Source of the DNA: TPA_inf: Saccharomyces
Taxonomy: Eukaryota
Assembly (NCBI GenBank): GCA_000146045.2
Contig: BK006949.2
Coordinates: 384,001-448,000 of the forward strand
Length of the DNA stretch: 64,000 bases
Direction: 5' to 3'
In this document: positions 45,939 through 55,495 of the stretch, piece by piece
How positions within the stretch are numbered: the stretch's first letter is position 1
How the letters are laid out: each line of letters starts with the position of its first letter
Made by a program: the position numbers and the translations under genes
The notes under the pieces: model-generated
Databases searched by the model: none
Told to the model about the DNA's origin: nothing
The model's input: only the letters and a program-made list of their open reading frames with translations

Positions 45939-47369
45939 ATGCTGTCCATTTTAAGAAATTCGGTGAGACTAAATTCAAGGGCTCTTAGGGTTGTGCCATC
46001 TGCCGCCAACACCTTAACATCGGTTCAAGCATCCAGAAGACTTTTAACAAGTTATTCAAGTTTTTTACAAAAAGAAACAAAAGACGACAAGCCTAAATCC
46101 ATTCTTACAGATGATATGCTGTTCAAGGCCGGTGTTGACGTCGATGAGAAGGGCCAAGGCAAAAACGAGGAAACATCAGGAGAAGGAGGAGAGGACAAGA
46201 ATGAACCTTCTTCCAAAAGTGAAAAATCTAGAAGAAAAAGACAAACTTCTACAGATATTAAAAGAGAAAAGTATGCTAACTGGTTTTACATTTTTTCGTT
46301 GTCTGCGTTGACAGGTACTGCAATCTACATGGCAAGGGATTGGGAGCCTCAAGAGTCTGAAGAATTGAAGAAAGACATCGATAATGGCTACACTTTATCA
46401 CTTATGTATAAAAGATTCAAGGCCAGGTTCAACTCAATGTTCACCTACTTCCAAGAGCCACCTTTCCCTGATTTACTACCTCCACCACCACCACCACCGT
46501 ACCAAAGGCCATTAACTCTTGTTATCACATTGGAAGATTTTTTGGTTCATTCTGAGTGGTCTCAAAAGCATGGTTGGAGAACGGCCAAAAGACCTGGTGC
46601 TGACTACTTCTTGGGTTACCTATCGCAGTATTACGAAATTGTTTTGTTTTCATCCAACTATATGATGTACTCTGACAAAATCGCTGAAAAATTAGATCCA
46701 ATCCATGCATTCGTATCTTATAATTTGTTCAAGGAACACTGTGTTTACAAAGACGGTGTGCACATTAAGGATCTGTCAAAATTGAATAGAGATTTGAGTA
46801 AAGTAATCATTATTGACACTGACCCTAACAGTTACAAATTGCAACCTGAAAATGCTATTCCAATGGAGCCATGGAATGGTGAAGCTGATGACAAATTAGT
46901 AAGATTGATTCCATTTTTGGAGTACCTTGCCACTCAACAAACCAAGGATGTTAGACCAATCTTGAACAGCTTTGAAGACAAGAAGAACCTAGCAGAAGAA
47001 TTTGATCATCGTGTGAAAAAATTGAAGGATAAATTTTACGGAGATCATAAATCTGGTGGCAACTGGGCAATGACGGCACTAGGTCTCGGAAATTCCCTGG
47101 GCGGCAGCACCAAGTTCCCGCTCGATTTGATTCATGAAGAAGGACAAAAGAACTATTTAATGTTCATGAAGATGATTGAGGAAGAAAAGGAAAAAATTAG
47201 AATACAGCAGGAGCAAATGGGCGGGCAAACATTTACGCTGAAAGACTATGTTGAAGGTAACTTGCCTTCGCCAGAAGAACAAATGAAAATACAATTGGAG
47301 AAGCAGAAGGAGGTAGACGCCTTATTTGAAGAGGAAAAGAAAAAGAAGAAGATTGCTGAATCCAAATAA
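45939..47369 (+). CDS. TIM50: TIM23 complex subunit Tim50 (476 aa) with an FCP1/NIF-type phosphatase-like domain.
   Basis: 476-aa ORF with an N-terminal presequence, one TM segment, a (CCA)n-encoded PPPPPP linker and an FCP1-homology domain. Length matches Tim50. Confidence 0.88.
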
Positions 47370-47894
47370 TTTTCATGTAAACCCTCTTCTCATGTATCTA
47401 CGTATCTATGTGTGTATGTAAATGTACCTGTACACTCCCCACACCCTCATTTTGTTACTGTCATGTGAATAAAACTTATGTATATTGCTAACTTACTACC
47501 ACTGCACCTCCTAACATCACCATACTACGTACAAACACGCCTATTTATTTTTTCTATGTTAAATTTTAACGATGTAGACACACCTAATGATCTGATGCGC
47601 TTTGCATATCTCATATTCCTTCACTAGCATAAAAATCCAAAAAAAAAGAATATTTAGGCCGAATGGAATTATTCGTAACGTCATACGAAAAAAGTTTCAA
47701 TTCGTACAATGCCTGGCATGTTCATTCGAATATAAGGCCGCCGCCTTCCAGTCAGGGTAGCCAAAAGTATAATCCCGGGTGGAAACTAAACTAAAAACCG
47801 TACTCACAACTTTCCGCGGACGCTAACAGACAAATAGACACACTATCAGGTCAGGAACTGCCGTCACATACGACACTGCCCCTCACGTAAGGGC

Positions 47895-48299
47895 ATGATA
47901 GAATTGGATTATGTAAAAGGTGAAGATACCATTGTAGAAGCAACCAGCACGTCGCCGTGGCTGATGAGGTCTCCTCTTGCCCGGGCCGCAGAAAAGAGGG
48001 GCAGTGGCCTGTTTTTCGACATAAATGAGGGGCATGGCCAGCACCGAGACGTCATTGTTGCATATGGCGTATCCAAGCCGAAACGGCGCTCGCCTCATCC
48101 CCACGGGAATAAGGCAGCCGACAAAAGAAAAACGACCGAAAAGGAACCAGAAAGAAAAAAGAGGGTGGGCGCGCCGCGGACGTGTAAAAAGATATGCATC
48201 CAGCTTCTATATCGCTTTAACTTTACCGTTTTGGGCATCGGGAACGTATGTAACATTGATCTCCTCTTGGGAACGGTGAGTGCAACGAATGCGATATAG
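47895..48299 (+). CDS. Dubious 134-aa ORF (YPL062W-like) inside the GC-rich ALD6 upstream region. Probably promoter DNA rather than a gene.
   Basis: ORF present in the track. Basic, low-complexity translation. It overlaps an unusually GC-rich block directly upstream of ALD6. Confidence 0.2.
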   Translation: MIELDYVKGEDTIVEATSTSPWLMRSPLARAAEKRGSGLFFDINEGHGQHRDVIVAYGVSKPKRRSPHPHGNKAADKRKTTEKEPERKKRVGAPRTCKKICIQLLYRFNFTVLGIGNVCNIDLLLGTVSATNAI

Positions 48300-48587
48300 C
48301 ACCGACCATGTGGGCAAATTCGTAATAAATTCGGGGTGAGGGGGATTCAAGACAAGCAACCTTGTTAGTCAGCTCAAACAGCGATTTAACGGTTGAGTAA
48401 CACATCAAAACACCGTTCGAGGTCAAGCCTGGCGTGTTTAACAAGTTCTTGATATCATATATAAATGTAATAAGAAGTTTGGTAATATTCAATTCGAAGT
48501 GTTCAGTCTTTTACTTCTCTTGTTTTATAGAAGAAAAAACATCAAGAAACATCTTTAACATACACAAACACATACTATCAGAATACA

Positions 48588-50090
48588 ATGACTAAGCTAC
48601 ACTTTGACACTGCTGAACCAGTCAAGATCACACTTCCAAATGGTTTGACATACGAGCAACCAACCGGTCTATTCATTAACAACAAGTTTATGAAAGCTCA
48701 AGACGGTAAGACCTATCCCGTCGAAGATCCTTCCACTGAAAACACCGTTTGTGAGGTCTCTTCTGCCACCACTGAAGATGTTGAATATGCTATCGAATGT
48801 GCCGACCGTGCTTTCCACGACACTGAATGGGCTACCCAAGACCCAAGAGAAAGAGGCCGTCTACTAAGTAAGTTGGCTGACGAATTGGAAAGCCAAATTG
48901 ACTTGGTTTCTTCCATTGAAGCTTTGGACAATGGTAAAACTTTGGCCTTAGCCCGTGGGGATGTTACCATTGCAATCAACTGTCTAAGAGATGCTGCTGC
49001 CTATGCCGACAAAGTCAACGGTAGAACAATCAACACCGGTGACGGCTACATGAACTTCACCACCTTAGAGCCAATCGGTGTCTGTGGTCAAATTATTCCA
49101 TGGAACTTTCCAATAATGATGTTGGCTTGGAAGATCGCCCCAGCATTGGCCATGGGTAACGTCTGTATCTTGAAACCCGCTGCTGTCACACCTTTAAATG
49201 CCCTATACTTTGCTTCTTTATGTAAGAAGGTTGGTATTCCAGCTGGTGTCGTCAACATCGTTCCAGGTCCTGGTAGAACTGTTGGTGCTGCTTTGACCAA
49301 CGACCCAAGAATCAGAAAGCTGGCTTTTACCGGTTCTACAGAAGTCGGTAAGAGTGTTGCTGTCGACTCTTCTGAATCTAACTTGAAGAAAATCACTTTG
49401 GAACTAGGTGGTAAGTCCGCCCATTTGGTCTTTGACGATGCTAACATTAAGAAGACTTTACCAAATCTAGTAAACGGTATTTTCAAGAACGCTGGTCAAA
49501 TTTGTTCCTCTGGTTCTAGAATTTACGTTCAAGAAGGTATTTACGACGAACTATTGGCTGCTTTCAAGGCTTACTTGGAAACCGAAATCAAAGTTGGTAA
49601 TCCATTTGACAAGGCTAACTTCCAAGGTGCTATCACTAACCGTCAACAATTCGACACAATTATGAACTACATCGATATCGGTAAGAAAGAAGGCGCCAAG
49701 ATCTTAACTGGTGGCGAAAAAGTTGGTGACAAGGGTTACTTCATCAGACCAACCGTTTTCTACGATGTTAATGAAGACATGAGAATTGTTAAGGAAGAAA
49801 TTTTTGGACCAGTTGTCACTGTCGCAAAGTTCAAGACTTTAGAAGAAGGTGTCGAAATGGCTAACAGCTCTGAATTCGGTCTAGGTTCTGGTATCGAAAC
49901 AGAATCTTTGAGCACAGGTTTGAAGGTGGCCAAGATGTTGAAGGCCGGTACCGTCTGGATCAACACATACAACGATTTTGACTCCAGAGTTCCATTCGGT
50001 GGTGTTAAGCAATCTGGTTACGGTAGAGAAATGGGTGAAGAAGTCTACCATGCATACACTGAAGTAAAAGCTGTCAGAATTAAGTTGTAA
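48588..50090 (+). CDS. ALD6: Cytosolic NADP-dependent aldehyde dehydrogenase (500 aa).
   Basis: ALDH family motifs are present (ELGGKSA, catalytic Cys in GQICSSGSR, and others). [34 protein letters not shown] start. Length is 500 aa. Confidence 0.93.
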
Positions 50091-50522
50091 TGTACCAACC
50101 TGCATTTCTTTCCGTCATATACACAAAATACTTTCATATAAACTTACTTGGTCTTACGTCATAAATAAATATGTATACATATAAATTAAAAAATTTGGTT
50201 TTATATTTTTACAAAAAGAATCGTTTACTTCATTTCTCCCTTTTAAGCGATACAATCCATGAAAAAAGAGAAAAAGAGAGAACAGGCTTGTGCCTTCTTT
50301 AAAACATCCCACACAAAATCATATTGAATTGAATTTTACATCTTAAGCTAGTGTACAACAACTGCTATATCCAAAGAAAACTAACGTGGACCGCTTTTAG
50401 AGTTGAGAAAAAGGTTTGAAAAAAATAGCAATACAAAGACTTGTTTCATATATAAAATACAGGGAGCACATTGAGCTAATATAACATAAACACTGCGAAC
50501 CAATTCCAATCAAAAGGTACAC

Positions 50523-51764
50523 ATGAGAGCATTCCCCCGAGTACTGCCATTTCGCCATCAGAGATCATATAATAACATCCTTCTTCGAACAGTAAGGCTT
50601 TTTGGTTCATCACTTTCTTCTTTTGATTTCTCTAGGCAAATGCCTAAGGTGGACCCTGACAATACCGCTGCAATGCTACTACAGAAAAACTTGATCCAAA
50701 GAAACAACATGCTCTATGGGTATGGATCAGGGACAATACGATGTACTTTGCTAGACTCAACTGGACGAGCCAAATCACCATTAGTAGAGATAAAACGTGA
50801 GGATCTAGTATCAAAACATGGCTTGTTGCCCAGAGATCTACGTAAAATTGAAAAATCAAGGAAGAATGACTTAGTCCCTAGTTTGCTCGTGCGAGAAAAT
50901 TCCATACTAATCAGTTTACTTACTGTGAAAGCCCTAATTAAGCCTGATATGGTTATTATCTTCGATTCAGCCGGCAGTGGAATAACTTTAAACTCAGAAG
51001 CTCACAAGGATTTTATTAACGATATGAAATTGAGACTAAAAAATCAAGAAACAAGCGAGCTAAATAGCGATCCACTTCCTTATGAATTCAGAGCTTTAGA
51101 AACGATCTTCATTTCGGCATTATCTAACCTTACCAGTGAAATGAAGGTGTTGCTAACCATATGCAAGGGGGTGCTTCAAGATCTAGAATTTAGTATAACA
51201 AGAGATAAATTAAGGTTCTTACTGGGTCAAAACAAAAAATTGAGCAGCTTCAATAAAAAGGCTGTTCTAGTTAAAGATATGCTGGATGACTTGCTAGAGC
51301 AAGACGATATGCTTTGTGATATGTACTTAACCGACAAAAAGGCTGGAAAAATTAGAGTTCAAGATGATCATACTGAAATTGAAATGCTTCTGGAAACATA
51401 TCATAACTATGTCGATGAAATAGTTCAGAAAAGCGAAAGCGCCATATCTGACGTGAAAACCACAGAAGAAATCATCAATATAATCCTAGATTCTAACAGA
51501 AACGAATTAATGCTGTTAGGGATAAGATACGCCATAGGAATGCTTTCGTTGGGAGGCGCTCTATTCCTGGGTTCTATCTATGGTATGAATCTGGAAAGTT
51601 TCATAGAAGAAAGTAATTATGCGTATTTAACTGTCACCATTTTGGGGTTAATATCTACTGTTTGGCTCTATGCGAAGGGAATCAGACATTTGCATAAATT
51701 ACAACGTATGACATTATTGAGTAAAATAAAAACAGATTCCGTTCACGAACTGTTGAAGAAATAG
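50523..51764 (+). CDS. MFM1: Mitochondrial inner-membrane Mg2+ transporter of the CorA/Mrs2 family (413 aa), alias LPE10.
   Basis: A GMN signature (YGMNLESF) followed by two C-terminal TM helices. N-terminal presequence. Length is 413 aa. Confidence 0.88.
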   Translation: MRAFPRVLPFRHQRSYNNILLRTVRLFGSSLSSFDFSRQMPKVDPDNTAAMLLQKNLIQRNNMLYGYGSGTIRCTLLDSTGRAKSPLVEIKREDLVSKHGLLPRDLRKIEKSRKNDLVPSLLVRENSILISLLTVKALIKPDMVIIFDSAGSGITLNSEAHKDFINDMKLRLKNQETSELNSDPLPYEFRALETIFISALSNLTSEMKVLLTICKGVLQDLEFSITRDKLRFLLGQNKKLSSFNKKAVLVKDMLDDLLEQDDMLCDMYLTDKKAGKIRVQDDHTEIEMLLETYHNYVDEIVQKSESAISDVKTTEEIINIILDSNRNELMLLGIRYAIGMLSLGGALFLGSIYGMNLESFIEESNYAYLTVTILGLISTVWLYAKGIRHLHKLQRMTLLSKIKTDSVHELLKK

Positions 51765-51882
51765 TTATCACGAAGAGTCAATCAATCTTTTTAATACGCA
51801 TTCAAATGAATAAGAACAACTTTCACTTTTTTAAGTATATAAAAAGCCGTACAGGCGAACGTATATAATTAAAATTCTTTGG

Positions 51883-51892
51883 AAAAAAAGAA
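51883..51892 (-). terminator. RNA polymerase III terminator (TTCTTTTTTT on the minus strand) for tRNA-Cys.
   Basis: A run of 7 T directly downstream of the tRNA 3' end. Confidence 0.8.
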
Positions 51893-51964
51893 AGCTCGCA
51901 CTCAGGATCGAACTAAGGACCAACAGATTTGCAATCTGCTGCGCTACCACTGCGCCATACGAGC
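51893..51964 (-). tRNA. tRNA-Cys (anticodon GCA), 72 nt, intronless.
   Basis: The reverse complement is GCTCGTATGGCGCAGTGGTAGCGCAGCAGATTGCAAATCTGTTGGTCCTTAGTTCGATCCTGAGTGCGAGCT. A-box is TGGCGCAGTGG, B-box is AGTTCGATCC, and the anticodon loop UUGCAAA carries GCA. A T7 Pol III terminator lies immediately 3' at 51883-51892. Confidence 0.95.
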
Positions 51965-52057
51965 TTTTGTTGTATAGTTTTAAGGCAATAGAATAATAAC
52001 ACTTATCCACGCAACAGTAATGTGGTTAAATAATAACTTCCTGTCAGGACTTGTGGT

Positions 52058-52249
52058 TGATTGGTGAAAATCAAATATCATGCTGACTACTAGAAATATT
52101 AGCAGTATATTATCATATACGGTGTAAGAAGATGAGATAAGGATTGAGAAACAGTCATCAAGTTTAATGAAAGTGAAATGAAAGGATTGATTATATAATA
52201 GGATAATGAATCACAAAGTATAAAAAGAAGGAAGAAAAAATGATATCAT
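52058..52249 (+). repeat. Delta (Ty1/Ty2 LTR) 5' portion of a solo LTR in + orientation, interrupted at about nt 215 by a nested insertion.
   Basis: Recognisable delta 5' region (TGaTTGG...AGTATATTATCATATACGGTG.AGAAGATGA...AAGGATTGAT...). It ends abruptly at 52249, where an inverted delta begins. Confidence 0.6.
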
Positions 52250-52590
52250 TGAGAAATTGATGAATTTTGAGATAATTGTTGAGATTTAATTGTTGATAAA
52301 GGCAATAATATTAGGTATATAGAATATACTAGAAGTTCTCCTCGAGGATATAGAAATTTTCAAAGGGGAATCGATTTTTCTACAAATAATATTACTATTA
52401 TTCCTCCTTCCGTTTTATATGTTTCATTATCCTGCTATATTATCAATCGTTGCATTAATCGTTGAATTTCAACTTACTCGAACTTCGATGACAGTTTCTC
52501 ATCCCTTATGTTATCTTCTTACACTGTATGTGATAATATACTGGTAGTATGACTACTAGTTGATAGACGATAGTTGAATTTATTCCATAA
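52250..52590 (-). repeat. Complete but diverged delta solo LTR (about 340 bp) in minus orientation, nested inside the + delta.
   Basis: The plus strand reads the reverse complement of delta from its 3' end to its 5' end. The 3' end is TGAGAAATTGATGAATTTTGAGATAATTGTTG...GGCAATAATATTAGGTAT...CTCGAGGATATAG. The 5' end is ...TCTTCTTACACTGTATGTGATAATATACT...TTGAATTTATTCCATAA. Near-duplicate flanks ATCAT and ATTAT. Confidence 0.6.
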
Positions 52591-52734
52591 ATTATTTATG
52601 TAAAACTGCCGACCCCTTTTGTCGATTTCTATATTCTCGAAGAGAACTTCTAACATTTTCTGTATACCTGATATTATAGTCTTTAACAACAACGGAATCC
52701 TCACAGTTATCTACGATTCATCTATTTCTCATCA
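52591..52734 (+). repeat. Delta 3' portion (+ orientation). It continues the interrupted solo LTR and ends ...TCTATTTCTCATCA.
   Basis: Resembles the delta 3' region ...TTCTATATtCTCGAaGAGAACTTCTAacAT...ACCTgATATTAT...GGAATCCtCACAgTTAtCtaCgATtCAtcTaTTTCTCATCA. Confidence 0.55.
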
Positions 52735-52769
52735 GTAACAAAGATATTTCAGTAGTTATTTTATATAAT

Positions 52770-52856
52770 TCATGCGTTTCACACATAGAGATGGTTTCTT
52801 AAGTTTAGAATGACGTATTTAGCTATAATAAAATGTTTCATTGTGGGATAAAAACT
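52770..52856 (-). repeat. Possible sigma (Ty3 LTR) 5'-end fragment in minus orientation.
   Basis: ...TTTCACACATAGAGATGGTTTCTTAAGTTTAGAATGACGTATT...TTTCATTGTGGGATAAAAAC resembles the reverse complement of the sigma 5' end (TGTTGTATCTCAAAATGA...CGTCATCCTAAACGTTCATAAAACACATATGAAA). The match is from memory and weak. Confidence 0.3.
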
Positions 52857-52889
52857 TGTGGGCCATGACATGAGCAAATTTATTATCAA

Positions 52890-53260
52890 TGTTGATAATT
52901 AGAGGTAAAAAATTAGTATTAATGAAGAAGTGAGTACTGATCTTCTTATACTAAATAAGAGAGGTATATAAAACACACGCCGATTGGTCATATTAATCAT
53001 GACCAATATAATAGTGGTTCCGGTAGTTACTATACATTGATGTGACGACTCATATTCCTCATATATGTACCTACCATATCATGTTCAACTAATAGGTCTT
53101 TAACACAGCTTCAGTATTGTCTGAGCTTCTCGTTTAACATTCCTTCTGCAATAGGCGCAATCACACTTAAACGTATACGAGTTGTACATTAATATACGAT
53201 GTAAGCATTAGATTGTTACCATAGCAACTCATGTCACTATTAATTACTCTCGTTCCAACA
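52890..53260 (-). repeat. Ty4 LTR (tau). This is the 3' LTR relative to the element's minus-strand orientation.
   Basis: 371 bp, TG...CA termini (TGTTG...CAACA). Appears identical to the copy at 58742-59112. Confidence 0.9.
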
Positions 53261-53332
53261 TGCTCCCTTAAAGATATATTATTGTACTTCAACAGATATT
53301 CATTGTGTGTTTAGAACTTCATTAATTAATTA

Positions 53333-55495
53333 TCAATAGTCTGTTGAGGCCAAAATATCCTGTGATGTTATTTTATTTTTTAATACTTGTATAAATCTTT
53401 TAAAATCAGATGCTGATACTGGTTTTGTTAGTAAATCAGCAATATTACCTTTGCCGGTAATTTTTAACAGTTTTATACTCTTCTCTTTAATTTTTTCTTT
53501 TATTATTTCAGTTTTTATCCAAGTGAATTTCTCTTTTGGTTGTTGATAGCTGCGATTTAATCCTTGAATGGCTGGCTTTGAGTCAGTGATCATGACAATG
53601 TCATTATTGTCTCCTTCTCCTAGCTCCTTTAATGTTACCTTCAACGTTTCTGAGTCTGCATAGCCTTCATAAATGGCATGAAGCTCTGCTTCTGTTGATG
53701 ATACACATCTGTTTGTGCTCTTGTTAGAATAAACATTAAAAATATTCATACCGTACCATAATATAACTCCAATCCTTGATTGAGCATCATATTCTGATCC
53801 AACTGATGCATCAGTTATAGCAATAACCTTCTTGTCTTTATTACAGTCTCGGTCATAGTGTATTCCAATATCTTTATACCGAACCAAGTACTGGATTATT
53901 TTGTAAATCATATAAAAGACTCTTTCATGTGGGTAATTTACTAGTCTAGCCACTTTCTTAACAGCAAAATTAATGTCGTATCTGCATTTGTGTCTGACAT
54001 AGTTTAGTTCACCTAGTAATTGTTGTAGCTTTAGAACACCTTGTCTAAACTCTTCTTCTGACATTTGCAGTACGTCTTTCTTAGGATCTATTTTATAAGT
54101 TGACATATGCGGAATTGAACTTTTTCTAATCTTTTTCAATTCCTCGTTGTATTTTTTATCCATTCTATTTATGAATGATTTTAATGTTAAATCGATAGTA
54201 CCAAGTCTTTTGTTGTATACTAGATCCATTCCTAATATATCTGTATCGAGTACATCATCTATTAATGTTCCTGTAATTTTCAGTTCAAAATTACTTTTCA
54301 ATTTGTTTATGAATTCATCCAATCTCTGTTCATTGCTTGCCGCAATTACGCAGTCATCAACATAGACTGCAATCATTAGATTTTTATCCTCGGTTTGGTA
54401 TAATCCCGGAGTATAAGAGTTATCTTTCAGTCCAATTCCATTCAAGTATTGTCTTAGATGATCATTCCATTCTTTAGGACTCTGTTTTAGACCATATAAC
54501 GCCTTATTTAGCTTGACTACACATCTCCTATCATGCGGATGTGGGATGTATATTTCTTCTTCCAATTTAGCATATAGGAATGCATGATTGATATCCAGGG
54601 TCTTCATAAACATATTTCTGTTGTTTGCAATCATTAAGAATATCTTAATATGATTGTGATTTAAAGATTCTGTAGTTATTACACTGTAAGTGTCTGGTGA
54701 CTGAGTATCACCTCTGCAGACTATCCTAGCCTTATAAATCCCATTTCTTTTCTTTGTGAATATCGTGTTGGTGGGTACTATTAAATTATCAGGGATTTCT
54801 GATCTACTGTACTTCACATCGACATCAAATACCTTCATATCTTTTAAATTCTGTAATTCTTTATGATATGCCTGTTTGTATTCATGTTTTTCTTTGAGGT
54901 CAGGATTTTTTGAAATAGCTTCATTATAATATATGGCTCTAATTTTTTGTGCTGAAACTGTTTCCATATTATCTGGAATTAATTTCACTCGATTCCTTTT
55001 TGAACGCTTCTTATCTCTTTCTAATTCATAGCTTGTTAGACTATTGTTTTTATCGTGTCTTTTCCGTTTTCTTTTCATGTTCAAAGAACTGAATTCTTTG
55101 TTTAAGAAGGCACTTTTATTAACTGTTTGTACTGGTGATCCAGATGCTTCAATATTTTGTTCCAACCTTGGTGACACATTTGTTCCATTGTCAGTTGGTA
55201 CATTTTTATCGGTGACTTTTAATTCTTTTAAGTTATTACCATCCTGACAGTTTGATTCCATATCAGTTTGATCACTCATATCCACAATGTCCTCAATCGG
55301 GGGCGGATGATGATTTTCCTTCTCAAACTTTTCAACTTTGTTTGTGGAATAATCATTACTATGGTGATTGTTAATGCTTTCTAAAGTTTTTATTGGTAAA
55401 CTCGTATCGCCTGTTTTTAAAGAAATCTCATTGTCTGTATTTCGGAATTTTACATTTTGTTCCAATGCTCCCTTCTTTAGGAAACGAAGTTTCAT
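53333..55495 (-). CDS. Ty4 second ORF in the +1 frame (720 aa from the first ATG). It encodes reverse transcriptase (YVDDCVIAAS) and RNase H (ITDASVG...). The frame opens after a TAA at about 55523-55525 and overlaps ORF1 by about 68-98 nt.
   Basis: The frame offset relative to ORF1 is +1 (end coordinates 58742 and 55495 differ by 2 mod 3 on the minus strand). RT and RNase H motifs are present. Confidence 0.85.
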   Translation of the reverse strand: MKLRFLKKGALEQNVKFRNTDNEISLKTGDTSLPIKTLESINNHHSNDYSTNKVEKFEKENHHPPPIEDIVDMSDQTDMESNCQDGNNLKELKVTDKNVPTDNGTNVSPRLEQNIEASGSPVQTVNKSAFLNKEFSSLNMKRKRKRHDKNNSLTSYELERDKKRSKRNRVKLIPDNMETVSAQKIRAIYYNEAISKNPDLKEKHEYKQAYHKELQNLKDMKVFDVDVKYSRSEIPDNLIVPTNTIFTKKRNGIYKARIVCRGDTQSPDTYSVITTESLNHNHIKIFLMIANNRNMFMKTLDINHAFLYAKLEEEIYIPHPHDRRCVVKLNKALYGLKQSPKEWNDHLRQYLNGIGLKDNSYTPGLYQTEDKNLMIAVYVDDCVIAASNEQRLDEFINKLKSNFELKITGTLIDDVLDTDILGMDLVYNKRLGTIDLTLKSFINRMDKKYNEELKKIRKSSIPHMSTYKIDPKKDVLQMSEEEFRQGVLKLQQLLGELNYVRHKCRYDINFAVKKVARLVNYPHERVFYMIYKIIQYLVRYKDIGIHYDRDCNKDKKVIAITDASVGSEYDAQSRIGVILWYGMNIFNVYSNKSTNRCVSSTEAELHAIYEGYADSETLKVTLKELGEGDNNDIVMITDSKPAIQGLNRSYQQPKEKFTWIKTEIIKEKIKEKSIKLLKITGKGNIADLLTKPVSASDFKRFIQVLKNKITSQDILASTDY

